NCBI RefSeq assembly: GCF_001194135.2
Contig: NC_068990.1
Location: 2,880,838-2,944,837, forward strand
Reading direction: 5' to 3'
Origin: Octopus bimaculoides
Lineage: Eukaryota
DNA length: 64,000 bases
Part shown: in pieces, positions 1-12,374 of the stretch
How positions within the stretch are numbered: the stretch's first letter is position 1
Layout of the letters: each line of letters begins with the position of its first letter
The notes under the pieces: generated by a model
The model's database searches: none
The model's input: only the letters and a program-made list of their open reading frames with translations
What the model was told of the DNA's origin: nothing
Made by a program: the position numbers and the translations under genes

Positions 1-1
1 T

Positions 2-50
2 CTTCATCCGTCTTCAACCACTTCATCCGTCTTCAACCACTTCATCCGTC
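2..50 (+). repeat. 19-bp tandem repeat, about 2.5 copies
   Basis: CTTCATCCGTCTTCAACCA at 2-20 and 21-39, partial third copy from 40. Confidence 0.9.
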
Positions 51-1946
51 TCCAGCTCCATATATCTTGACTTAGCGTAGCCACTGAATTGAAGATGGTC
101 AGAGAAGAAAGACTGAGGCTGGTGGTGTGCAGCTCAGGTTCACCTTAAACAAAATCACTCTGCAAGTCTTGTATCATCTCCAGGAACACTTGATAATCAT
201 CGTCAATCCGACAGTCGAACATGATCGAGTATAGGGGTATGGCGCTGCCTATTATTATTTGCCTTACAAATTCTAATTTTTTATGTTATATTATAATGTA
301 CTGCACTAGCATTAAATGTAACAGGCTGCTTCGAGAAGTTTCCAAATGATCTCTTTACAAATTTTGCATGGCAAAAGTCCTATGGCTTGCAAGTTTATAC
401 TCTTCAATTGAAGAATGTTATTTTTGTACTATATACAAAATATGAATTCGCGGTGAGGAATGACAGGCAATGTACAAGTCTTCTGAGAAGGGCAACCAGA
501 TTACACATTTTTTTGCTTTTATATATCTTTGTGCTTTGTGTATTTATGCTGGCTACTTTGTCTGATGTAACTATGTTGATTGACCTGTATCGATAGTGTA
601 CTACACAACCTCAGCTAATATAATACAAAACTCGTTAAAATGTAATTTTATAACTTATACTCTACATCTTTGGAGATCGTCATCATCGCAGTGAATGAAC
701 AGGAATTTGCTTTGTTTATTCTCTACTAATTTATGCGTTTTATGACATTCTTTATGCCCTTTATTTATTTTTAAGAATGGGTTGATAAAGTAGTCTGAAT
801 TTATTATTGTGCTTGACATTAACGGTTTACGAATAGCAAAGGAGATGACAAAAGTTATCAATAAGATACAAATTATGGAAAGTACTTGTAGTTTAGTTTA
901 CCATAGAAATGTTTATAAACGACGGCCAAAAGTCTATCGGATATTGGAATTCTCCCTTTCATCTCTATGTGTATATATATATATATATATATATGTGTGT
1001 ACGTGTACACATATATGTACATATAAATATATATATATATATATATATACATATATGTACATATGTATATATGTATATNNNNNNNNNNNNNNNNNNNNNN
1101 NNNNNNNNNNNNNNNNNNNNNNNNNNNNNNNNNNNNNNNNNNNNNNNNNNNNNNNNNNNNNNNNNNNNNNNNNNNNNNNNNNNNNNNNNNNNNNNNNNNN
1201 NNNNNNNNNNNNNNNNNNNNNNNNNNTATATATATATACATATATATATATGTCTGTATGCATATGCATACACACACACGTACACATGTGTGCGTTTGTG
1301 TGTGTGTGTGTGTGTGTGTGTTTGTGTGTGTATTCGTGCAATTGAAGATTGCATCATTCCATATGTAACTCTGAAGTATGCTTTGGCTACCATGAATAAT
1401 ATCATGAGTAAATATGAAATAGAATATGATAATTATGATTGAACTTTTATCTAAACTTGCCTTCTTCTTTGCCTTTATTTCTTTCGCACGGTAATCTTCG
1501 TTCCTTTACTTGCTTATTATATATTTGTTAATGAAATTTTGCAAATATCCATTCATTCCTTTTCCGTAGTGTACATTACGATTCTGTAGCTGACATTAAA
1601 TTAATTCTGAGAAGAGTTTTAGACATTTTAACATTTCTGATGTTGTTTCCTCATAATTCTTGTTAAAATGGATACTTTTAAATAGCATTTCGCAGAAATA
1701 AATTCCCGAGAATGTATATTAAATAATGTTGATATTTCAAACACATAAACTTTAATGAAGGCCAAAAAATACTATTAAAGTTTCACAGGTAGTAATGGAA
1801 TTCAGGATGCACTAGATGACGGTCGAAAACTCCTTATTTAAGTTTAAAAACCAAAATGTTGTGGTGAACCAAACGGGAGTTATAACTATTTCTTTCCCTT
1901 AATCTCTTTATTTTTCACGCTTATAATATATATATATAAATGAGTA

Positions 1947-2300
1947 CAGGTGTCAATTCATTACGGCCGTTTTAAGCGATTCCTTTAATTGATTAATGAA
2001 AACATGACATCATTTGAAAGAAACCCTTCTCTTTAGATGACTGCATAGATTTCAGACTTAAAGTAGAGGATACAACTATTTCCGTAACATATTCACACAT
2101 ATAATGGAACTCAAAATACTTACATTCCTTCTTTTGCCATATTCTTCCACAGACACGACAGAAGTAACAATGTAAATAGTCTGAGTTCTATCATTGATGT
2201 GAATATGTTAAGAAAATAGTTGTATCCTTTAAGTTTGACGTCTATGCGGTGATCTGAATTAAAGGTGTCGCTTGAAACGGCCGTAATGAATTGACACCTG
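1947..2300. mobile_element. Tc1/mariner-type foldback MITE, 354 bp
   Basis: TIR CAGGTGTCAATTCATTACGGCCGTTT(T/C)AAGCGA at both ends, TA at 1945-1946 and 2301-2302; internal arms are also inverted copies of each other. Confidence 0.9.
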
Positions 2301-2715
2301 TACATCTTTGTTACTCATTAATATTTTACTCACCTAACCTGGAATCCGCACTTCAGAAATACAATAGAAAGTACAGGTCAGAATAACCAAGGGCGGATAT
2401 GTTCACTTACCTGGTTAGCGTTGTCTGCAAACACAGCTGGAATATCAGGAATAAAAACAGCTGCACGAAGTCTTGCTATACAATATTCAATTAATATATC
2501 GGATTATGCCGACCTAGCAAGGTGCCTCAATTTAAGCACCTAATTCAACGGTATCTTAATTATATATATATACACAGACACACACGTTTTTATATATACA
2601 CACACATATTAACACACACACACACATACACACACACATACACACACACGCACACACACATATCTTTCTCCTATGTTCCAACTAATACCTCTCCCGTCTG
2701 TGCACTCATATCTCC

Positions 2716-2748
<33 letters not shown>

Positions 2749-3399
2749 TATATATGTATATTTTTTTAAGTATATAAATATATAATTAAAGGCTCTGGAA
2801 TGCCAGCGCCTATATGCTCATATGTTTGTCTGTGTATTTCTACTGAAGATTACAAAGCAATTTCTATTGCAAGGCATGAAATCTTAAGATATGGGATTGT
2901 CCGAAATTTTCTACATCTTCTTGCCCATTACCTCGCATTCAACCTAGGGGCATAAATCAAGATTTTATTTAGAGTGGATTGTAAGAATTTGACTACTACT
3001 TGTAGCGTATAGGCGCTGGTATTCCAGAGCCCTTAATGATAGTTATATTTTATAATTATATACTCAAAAATTAATTTTACTAATACAGTCACCTTTTAAA
3101 CGGTAGCCACTGATATAAGCTTTTTTAATGATTATATCCTTAATTTTTATGTATATATTTATATATGTATATTTATATATATATATATATATACACACAC
3201 ATACATATATTTAAAATTTAGGGCTCAGCAAGTTTTATTTCACCACACACCGACAATTAGAAGCAATGTGTGGTGAAGCAATACTTGCTGAACCCTAAAT
3301 TTTAAATTGTGTTTATACATTTACCGATAATGCACTTTAACACACCGAACTACTTGGTAAAACTACTAATTATTAATTAATTATTAACGTTTACCCTAT

Positions 3400-3604
3400 A
3401 TCACATACACTATGATTGACCGTTGACTGAACACTATTCAATTTTTTTTCTCCGTGTTTTTCTCCTTGTCTCCGTATTCTTTCTGTTGAAGAGCGTAGCT
3501 CGAAACGTCAAAGACTTTCCGTATTCCCGAGCGTCATACTAATATATACTTTTGTTATTTACACCACCTGTCCTCGTCTGTTGTTATTTTTTGTATATTC
3601 TCCC
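3400..3604 (+). mobile_element. Penelope-like terminal-repeat-type segment carrying a hammerhead motif
   Basis: T-rich segment around the hammerhead fold, ending at an (AT)n/(AC)n tract. Boundaries approximate; PLE assignment rests on the ribozyme type. Confidence 0.45.
3478..3514 (+). ncRNA. Minimal type I hammerhead ribozyme motif, A6U core variant
   Basis: TCTTT-CTGTTGA-A-GAGC-GTA-GCTC-GAAAC-GTC-AAAGA: helix I TCTTT/AAAGA, helix II GAGC/GCTC, palindromic ACGT helix III, GUC cleavage triplet. Confidence 0.65.
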
Positions 3605-3645
3605 ATATATATATATATATATACATATATATACGCACCTACACA

Positions 3646-3698
<53 letters not shown>

Positions 3699-3992
3699 TA
3701 AATACAATAACCATGCAACATACATTTCTGTTATATAAAAATTATTTGTGCCTCTAGAGATACATCATAGTACAAGCTTCATATGAGGAGGGATAATCTC
3801 GATAATCTAGAATTCTCTAAAGTTGACAGGGAGAAACATTTTATCCAGAGATAAGAGGAAATTTGTTCTGTTTCACAAGAAGTTATCAGAACCACTGTTT
3901 TCCTAAAGTATCTCCAGAGATTTAGGGTCATAAATATATAGAAAAAGCGGTGATCGCATATATTGCCTTTGTGACTTGCATAACATGAACAT

Positions 3993-4329
3993 GAAGGCGA
4001 ATTGCTCAGTGGTCAGAGTGTCGGGTCCACATTAATGAGGTAGTGAGTTCGATTACCGGAACGGGCTGTGTGTTGTGTTCTTGAGTAAAACACTTTATTT
4101 CATATTGCATCGTTTCACTCAGCTATAGAAATGAGTTGCGATGTCACTGGTACCGAGCTGTACAAACCTTTGCTTTTCCCCTGGATAACATCAGTGGCGT
4201 GGAGTGGGAAGGATTGTAGACATGGGTGATTGCTGGTCATCCATAAACCACTTTGCCTGGATTTGTGTCAGCGAAGAGAACTTTCTAACTGCAATAACAT
4301 GGTCATTCTTGACCGAAGGGGTCTTTACC
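3993..4329 (+). mobile_element. tRNA-derived SINE, near full length, with CORE/V-like central segment
   Basis: A-box TTGCTCAGTGG (4002-4012), B-box GTTCGATTACC (4047-4057), then TTGTGTTCTTGAGTAAAACACTT...CACTCAGCTATAGAAATGAG. Confidence 0.75.
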
Positions 4330-4964
4330 AATTTGAACAAAAATGAGAAATACCACACAGTAACAAACGTCATGTATTTGAAAAACACAGGTAAATGCCG
4401 GTATTCTAAATACCTTACACCCTAAGTCCAAGTCTGATTGAACTTATAAACGCCTTTACAAGATATGACACTTAACAAATGGCATCTCTGTCGATGTTCA
4501 CGCGTGAACATCGTCCATCTTTCTTTTCCTCATGTGATAATCTCTCTTTTCTTTCAGAGATTCCTAAGGACTGGAGTATCCTAACTCTCTTCTATCTTTT
4601 CTCTTGTCTACAAAAATATTTCTCCAGCGTTAGCTATTTTACCTTCGTTCTGGTCTAACGACCCTCCATGTTTGTTTTCTTTTGGTTTCCGTGTATGTCT
4701 CCACTGTCCTGTTTTTGTTCCAAACTTTGACCTTCCATTGATTCCAAATTTTATTTTGGTACTCATGGGAGAAACTGTCTTCGAAGACTCATATTGTCGT
4801 TTAATACTCGAAATGAGGAGTAGATAGACAGCCGACAACTGATGAAGGGTTGTTCTTTATCTTACTTGTCATGTTTTCCATTTGTGTCGTTCACTGGTTG
4901 CGTAATGAACTAATTTGTTATGTCATGTTACTTACTCTTGGTGACGCACTGTACCCATATATGC

Positions 4965-4995
<31 letters not shown>

Positions 4996-5003
4996 TGTGT
5001 ATA

Positions 5004-5052
<49 letters not shown>

Positions 5053-5056
<4 letters not shown>

Positions 5057-5198
5057 GTTCGGCAAAAAGAGACCGATAGAATAAGTACTAGGCTTACAAA
5101 GAATAAGTCCTGGAGTCGATTTTCTCGACTAAAGGTGGTGCTCCAGCATGTCCGCAGTCAAATGACTGAAACAAGTAAAAGAGTAAAGAGTAAAGAGT
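5053..5198 (+). mobile_element. 3' half of a microsatellite-containing SINE (family A)
   Basis: GGTTCGGCAAAAAGAGACCGATAGAATAAGTACTAGG...AATGACTGAAACAAG with (GAGTAAA)n tail; homologous to 8410-8625 and to the 3' part of 15800-16155; starts at an (AT)n tract. Confidence 0.75.
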
Positions 5199-5207
5199 AT
5201 ACATATA

Positions 5208-5720
5208 CAGGGTGCGATGAATAAATATGTACCGAGCGTAATGAAATTCACACATCCAGTCAACCTTATGGTGTTCGGTGTTCGGAGTGATCGAGTGCCT
5301 GGAGGCCTTAATGCTGCCGTGGGTCGAGTGAGTTACTGCTGGAAGAGCCTCTGTCTGACAAATGGACTCTGCACCATGCCACACAAGCATGAGAGCGCCT
5401 TCGTGGCTGTTAGACAAGTTCTGTGTCCAAATCACCCCTAATATCTGGCCACCTAATTCTCCAGTCTGCAACCCCGCTTGATTAATATGAGTGGGACGCA
5501 GTTGAGAGAGACCAACAAGATTCCTTGTAACACCAAAGACGAGATAAAGACAAGGATTGTGGCTGCATTCACCAACCTAAAGAAGGAGACTGGTGCTTTT
5601 GTTGAGTACATATTTTTATTTAATAATTTATTAGTTTTTAGGTGTGAAAATGCTTATTTTACCACAGAAATAATTAGAAACGAAAATCAATAAATAAATA
5701 CCTATCGGCCGCAGTAACCT
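5208..5720 (+). mobile_element. Internally deleted maT/DD37D (Tc1/mariner superfamily) transposon relic
   Basis: Starts TA|CAGGGTGCG. Broken frames give MKFTHPVNLMVFGV, QMDSAPCHTSMRAPSWLLDKFCVQITPNIWPPNSPVCNP(fs)LD and WDAVERETNKIPCNTKDEIK; 37 residues separate the last two catalytic Asp. Confidence 0.8.
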
Positions 5721-6352
5721 ACTCAGGAGTCTGCTTTTTAAATTTACATATATTAGCCAGAAAAATATGCGATATACTGAGAGCGCGATAACTTATTAAA
5801 TGCAGAAAGAGCGTTACTCCCGTCGCACTCTGTGTATATATAAACACGTGCAAATACACACGTACAGATACAAATATGAAATGCAAGCTCAGGATCGTCA
5901 ATGTGGGGCCATCACGACCATAAATTTAAAGATTCAAATACCGGAATGAGCAAAGCATTCTGTCTTCAATAGCCGCATGGGGCTAAGTCCACACACATAT
6001 ATAGTAGCTGAAGAAAACTGTCTGGCAAAGGTGCGAGGACTTCTAGATCAAGTGATTTCAATGCCCAGTGGCAATCTTCAGTGATGTCGCGAATAGGCTG
6101 CAGGCGATTTAAAGAAGAAATATCAGCGACAGTGTCAGTATTACTACCGAAATACAATCCCCATATCCTACATCATGTAGAGATATTTTACTATACTAAA
6201 TACTGCGGAATTCGCCATGCTTCTATATCAACTTTAAGTAGGGCAGAAAGATTGTCATTGTTTACATACACATATATATATATATATATATATAATGATA
6301 TATCTACACATATATACCACAAAGATGCATGTATACACACACACATACATAC

Positions 6353-6383
<31 letters not shown>

Positions 6384-6866
6384 CGTGTGTGTGTGCGTGT
6401 GCGTGTTTGTTTGTCTGTGTGACCGACATTGTGCGAGTGCTTTTTTAAGTGTTTATATAACATAAAATTACAATTATTATCATATTTTCTTAAAATGGCG
6501 AAATGTTTACGAGAGATGTATGCAGATTATTAATTTATATATCTCTTGTTTATACAACGTGTTATCAATCTATGTATCAATTAATTTTGAACTGCTCTTT
6601 TCTCTGGTAATCGTGTAAACAATTTGAATACTAAAGTGAATATGAACCTACATAATTGGAATTGTGTTGGTTAAGTGGAAGCAGATGATAGCGTATTATT
6701 ATTTCAGAAACGTCGAGGCATATTCTCGTACCCACTCAGCCACATACTTTACATTATACATATTCATAAGAATATTAAAACTTATTTATGTGTTTATACA
6801 TATCCGTGTTTATAGATATATGTATGTATGTTACTATATGTGTGCATGTGTGTGTACATACACACA

Positions 6867-6942
<76 letters not shown>

Positions 6943-7062
6943 NNNNNNNNNNNNNNNNNNNNNNNNNNNNNNNNNNNNNNNNNNNNNNNNNNNNNNNNNN
7001 NNNNNNNNNNNNNNNNNNNNNNNNNNNNNNNNNNNNNNNNNNNNNNATATATATATATATAT

Positions 7063-7072
<10 letters not shown>

Positions 7073-7138
<66 letters not shown>
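7073..7138 (+). repeat. (GATA)n microsatellite
   Basis: Pure ATAG array. Confidence 0.95.
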
Positions 7139-8266
7139 CAAGAGTTGTATGTTCGTCGTATGTATGTGAGCTACCTTGCGTCGCATAAGAATTTAATCAT
7201 GCTTTATTATTTCCAATTATCCTTCACGTACATCAAACTTAGATGATTTATGTTACTACATCCTGTTATTATTGTCAATATAAAAAAAAGTTACAGCGTT
7301 TATTTACATATATTTTTATGCACACTATACATTCCTTACCCTGTTGTAGACTTTTAGTGGCTATTTGTCTGATTTTGTAGCATTATTTTAGACTACCTAT
7401 TAAGTTTATTGCAGTTCACACACTCTCTCCTTCGTGTCTCTGGACGTTGACCACTAACTAATTTTCTTCGCCTCGTTATCAACAAAAATTATTTTTAAGC
7501 TGCTTACCACCTCTTTGCTCTTATTATTATGTTTGTATTTCGTAGATACAAAATTATTTCCCCAGTACTATCGAGAACTCTTAGGATTCCCCCCCCTCCC
7601 GAAAAATATATTAACTTCCTTAATAAGAACGCCCTTGGCTTAAGATACATGAACGCACTTTAGCTTACGAAACAAGCTAAGAACGCCTGTGGATTATGAT
7701 ATAAACTTCATCCTGTAATAAAATTATCTAACATTAAACGATTCATCAATATTCCATGTTCGAAACAAGTTTACAAATGACAAAGTTTTTGTAATAGATT
7801 CATTATATTCAAGATTAATTCAAAAAGGCAGTGCATTTCAGCAGAAACATGATAACAGTAATATTGCATCTCCACTTAGAGCTCTCATTCGGAAATTACG
7901 GGAGTAAATTTGTAAACTTTTATCATAATTGCACTCAACAATTTGATTATATTCAAAGTACCAAAAAATATTGTGGAATATTCAATTTGTATTATTCATT
8001 TTCGGATGTAGGCCCATAGTTGTAGCATGTGATAAATTACCTAAATTTGAAGCAACAAATAACAGCGTATTTTGTTCCAAATGCTATTTGAATTATGATA
8101 TTTTTCTTTTATTTAATGTATTTTGAATTTAAGTAGAGAAATCATTGATAATGTTATGACTTCGCCAGCTATTGTTCCATGCATTACATTTCTAATTCAT
8201 GCAATACTCTAATATAGTCTTTATTATGCTTGTGTAATGGAGACTATAGATTATATGCTGTCGAAC

Positions 8267-8360
8267 AACTAAACACTCACAACGCCCGCTCTGGGAATCG
8301 AAACCGCCATCCTAAGACCGCGAGTCCGCTGCCCTAACCACTGAGCCATTGTGCCTCCAC
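8267..8360 (-). mobile_element. tRNA-derived SINE head (family C)
   Basis: Minus strand GTGGAGGCACAATGGCTCAGTGGTTAGGGCAGCGGACTCGCGG...GGTTTCGATTCC with A and B boxes; homologous to the head at 37760. Confidence 0.8.
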
Positions 8361-8409
8361 ACAAAGTCACGCGGACGCAAACGCACACACACAGGAATAT
8401 ATATGAGTG

Positions 8410-8625
8410 TATTTGTCTTTGTGTCTATGCTTGACCTCAACTCTGCTTGAGAAACGGTGTTAGTGTGTTTACAAGCTTATGATGTAGCGGTTTGGCAAAA
8501 GGGACCAGTTGAATAAGTACTAAGTTTTAAAAAATTACTGGGGTGGATTTGGTTAACGAAAATTCTTCAAGACGGTGCCTCAGCATGGCCGCGGTCTAAT
8601 GACTGAAAAAAGGAAAAGATAAGAC
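8410..8625 (+). mobile_element. 3' half of SINE family A
   Basis: GTAGCGGTTTGGCAAAAGGGACC...GAATAAGTACTAAG...CAGCATGGCCGCGGTCTAATGACTGAAA, homologous to 5053-5198. Confidence 0.7.
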
Positions 8626-8743
8626 GTATTTACAGGTAATTACTTAGGCAAGATGTATCCTCATGAATAACTACTTTCTTCAGTTTCTGCTATGGTCTCA
8701 CGTTTACAACAACACAAAAGTCGCGTACTAATTATCATACACA

Positions 8744-8802
<59 letters not shown>

Positions 8803-9448
8803 NNNNNNNNNNNNNNNNNNNNNNNNNNNNNNNNNNNNNNNNNNNNNNNNNNNNNNNNNNNNNNNNNNNNNNNNNNNNNNNNNNNNNNNNNNNNNNNNNN
8901 NNNNNNNNNNNNNNNNNNNNNNNNNNNNNNNNNNNNNNNNNNNNNNNNNNNNNNNNNNNNNNNNNNNNNNNNNNNNNNNNNNNNNNNNNNNNNNNNNNNN
9001 NNNNNNNNNNNNNNNNNNNNNNNNNNNNNNNNNNNNNNNNNNNNNNNNNNNNNNNNNNNNNNNNNNNNNNNNNNNNNNNNNNNNNNNNNNNNNNNNNNNN
9101 NNNNNNNNNNNNNNNNNNNNNNNNNNNNNNNNNNNNNNNNNNNNNNNNNNNNNNNNNNNNNNNNNNNNNNNNNNNNNNNNNNNNNNNNNNNNNNNNNNNN
9201 NNNNNNNNNNNNNNNNNNNNNNNNNNNNNNNNNNNNNNNNNNNNNNNNNNNNNNNNNNNNNNNNNNNNNNNNNNNNNNNNNNNNNNNNNNNNNNNNNNNN
9301 NNNNNNNNNNNNNNNNNNNNNNNNNNNNNNNNNNNNNNNNNNNNNNNNNNNNNNNNNNNNNNNNNNNNNNNNNNNNNNNNNNNNNNNNNNNNNNNNNNNN
9401 TATATATGTACGCATATATATATGTGTGTATAGATAATTATATATATG

Positions 9449-9496
<48 letters not shown>

Positions 9497-9776
9497 AAAA
9501 ACATACATATATGCACATGTATACATGCATACATGCATACATACATACATGCATACATACATACATACACATACATATATATTTGCATGTATGTATGTCT
9601 GTATATTTCTTTAGGTATGTATATAAAACACATTCACAGGAAAAAGGAGTGAGTCGGTGATTTGATTCTTTGTATTTTCTTATATGCGTGGCATTTCATG
9701 AGAGGAACCTATTTGTAGTGTAGTTTCATATAGGAATTTCTTTTATCATCATTATTTCTTTGATCTTTGACCGCAG

Positions 9777-9911
9777 ATGCATTGTTACATCCTCATAACA
9801 GAACAGATGATTTTAGACGCCTTTGGTCGTTGAGCCTTCACAGTATCAGCATGATTGTTGATTTAGGAGCCACATCTTACAATCTGTGTGTTTATAGTGT
9901 GTATTCTATTC
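9777..9911 (+). CDS. Candidate internal exon, 135 bp, phase 1-1, product unknown
   Basis: Pyrimidine-rich ...TTTGACCGCAG acceptor, GTGAGT donor, open frame (D)ALLHPHNRTDDFRRLWSLSLHSISMIVDLGATSYNLCVYSVYSI. No recognised homology. Confidence 0.2.
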
Positions 9912-10508
9912 GTGAGTGTCAAATTATGACTCTACGAGAAAAGAAATCGATGTATTTAAACGATCATTCATTTCTAGAGAGTGATCATATTACCATTATC
10001 GCTGCATTACATTTCTGTTATTCGGTATCCTGCAGCCGATATAACTTTGTGCTGTTTATAGATAGTCTGAAATATTGCTGGTTCGCTTTCCAACAAACAG
10101 CACCACACTGTTTATGACTGTTTCCAACTGATTTGCCTCCCTGCACTTTCCAATCTATATTACCTATCCACCCTAGAATTTCCCTGGAATTATACATAAA
10201 ATCAGCAACAACAGTAGTTTTTGAACAATTACAAATACATACATATATATATATATATATGTGCATTTATACATATATACATATGTACACACACAAATGT
10301 ACGTTTGCATATATACATATAAGTGTGTGTCTATGCGCATGGGAGTGTGTATTAGAATTTTTATTCTATAGAATTTAAAATTTTTTAAAACAATCGTTTC
10401 ACGGATACTGAGAAGGCATTTACTTTCTATCCTCTCCATGATCATCATTATCTCCTGACTAATATCTTTCGTTTTCATTGTCACCGGCCGTGATTTTCTT
10501 TGACTTAT

Positions 10509-10718
10509 ATTCTTTTCTACTCTAGTCACACAGCCCGAAATTTTAGGGGAACGGGCCAGTCAATTACATCCACTCCAGTACGCAGCTAGTACTTAATTTA
10601 TCGACTCCGAAAGGATGAAAGGCGAAATCGACCTCGGCGGAATTTGAACACAAAGATAGATGAAGTACCACTAAGCATTTCACCCGACGTGCTAACGTTT
10701 CTGCCAGCTTACCGCCTT
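10509..10718 (-). mobile_element. tRNA-derived SINE family B
   Basis: Minus-strand head TGGCAGAAACG...GTTCAAATTCC followed by the family core (consensus GCCTTTCATCCTTTCGGGGTCGATAAATTAAGTAC). Confidence 0.85.
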
Positions 10719-10749
10719 CTCCTATTCATTATATTGTTTATATAATAAT

Positions 10750-10975
10750 GGTTCCAAATTTTGTCACAAAGCCATAAGTTTTTGAAGAGAGAGGAAAGTC
10801 GATTATATTGATCTCAGTAAATGATTGGTACTTATTTTATTAACAACGAAAGGATTGAAGACAAAGTCGACCTCTGCAGAATTTGAAATTAGAAAATAAA
10901 GGTGGACTCAGAAAAGGTATTTACCACTAAATGTTTTGTCCGGCGTACCAACAGCTCTGTCTGCTCACCACTTTT
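10750..10975 (-). mobile_element. SINE family B with 17-bp TSD
   Basis: Degenerate family B copy flanked by ATTGTTTATATAATAAT (10733-10749) and ATTGTTAATATAATAAT (10976-10992). Confidence 0.8.
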
Positions 10976-11177
10976 ATTGTTAATATAATAATATTATTAT
11001 TCCTGATTCGGTGCTGAATTGCAAAAATTCAATAGCATCATTATTGGGCACTAATCACTCCAGCCTAGGAGGGCCAACATGAGTAGCAGACACTGGTTCT
11101 GCAGCTAGATACATCAAGTAAAATATATACATTACTTTGCGTCCGCTCACGTAATCTACTACCTCTTAGACACATAT

Positions 11178-11215
<38 letters not shown>

Positions 11216-11563
11216 ATAGTCCATCCTTCTGCACATGATAAATATATATCACCTATATATGACAAGAAAGTCATATCATAACACATCTGTACACACGAAT
11301 AAATTATGTAATATTGTGATACGAGTTTAGGCTTAATAATCTCTGGTTATCTCTGATAATCTTTCGTGACAACTTCTCATAAATAGCATTACGAAAGGCA
11401 ACTCAAAAAACTGAAATTAATTCTTGTTCGTTACCATAATTTACGTCAGGCCTGATCAGAATTCTATCCTCCACAGTGTGCAGTAGTACCCATCATTGAT
11501 GTAATCGTATCACGTATCTACTAAAGGACCGCTACATACACAAACATCCTAAAATTCATATAA

Positions 11564-11613
11564 AAGATCCTGACTGGCAAGATCCTGACTGGCAATGTCC
11601 TGACTGGCAAGAT
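11564..11613 (+). repeat. 15-bp tandem repeat x3
   Basis: AAGATCCTGACTGGC, AAGATCCTGACTGGC, AATGTCCTGACTGGC, then AAGAT. Confidence 0.9.
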
Positions 11614-11629
11614 GTAATTACCCAAAGGC

Positions 11630-11656
11630 CTGCGGCTGCTGTTGCTGCTCCTGCTG

Positions 11657-11722
<66 letters not shown>

Positions 11723-11900
11723 TTGTTTCTGCAACATCATCTACTGATGCTACTACAGCAAATGCTACTACACTTTCTACTATTACGACCACTACTACTA
11801 CTAGTACTACTACTGCAACAAATAGTACTACAGCGCTCTTACTGTCGCTGTTACTGCTGCTGGTGCTGTTATTCCCACTGCTGCTGCTGTTGCTAGCTCC
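11630..11900 (+). repeat. Compound (CTA)n/(CTG)n trinucleotide tract
   Basis: Related tracts at 12847-12970 and 13250-13410; ACTACTGCAACAAATAGTACTA is shared with about 13390. Confidence 0.9.
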
Positions 11901-12374
11901 TGACCTCAACACTTCCGTTTTCCTTTCTTTGGTCTGCGGTTTAAGTAAAGTCCCATAAAACCCTAGAGCTGCACAAGAGGTGAGTGGAAATCAGGACAGG
12001 AACAATAACACTTCGGTTAACGCGGAATGAAATAAAGCTTCATGCCAACGAGCTTTCCTGTGGTTCGAACAAATTGGTTCTTTTAACACACTCCATATAT
12101 TCTTGCATTGTAGACTACCTTCTAAACTCGCCTGCACTCCTCCATCGTACTGCTTACTGTTTCATCTCAAGTCAATTCCTGCTGACAGCTGAACTTACAA
12201 TAAACAGGTAAAAGTGGATACCGAGTGCAAAGATAGGAAATGTAGCCGTTTATGACAAGGGAACAAGAATATTTTATAAGGATGCAGTCTGCAGGGAAAA
12301 AATATAGTTTAATAGGATCTATATGTGAAATAAATATTTGAGATTATTTGACATTCGTAAAACTGCCTAAGGCA

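Noticed and set aside
2-50. CRISPR-like short repeats, also 11564-11613
   Set aside because: Repeats are directly adjacent with no spacers, there are no cas genes, and the context is eukaryotic.
2411-2530. Minus-strand exon ending CAG|GTAAGT (IEYCIARLRAAVFIPDIPAVFADNANQ)
   Set aside because: Good donor, but the best upstream acceptor leaves stops in all three frames; no recognisable homology.
5966-6157. Protein-like ORF ...DCHWALKSLDLEVLAPLPDSFLQ
   Set aside because: Plausible acceptor, but no convincing donor and no recognised family.
8267-8360. tRNA gene, also considered at 3993, 37760 and 39310-39369
   Set aside because: A/B boxes are present, but I could not fold a full cloverleaf and the heads continue into repeat bodies. 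These are SINE heads.
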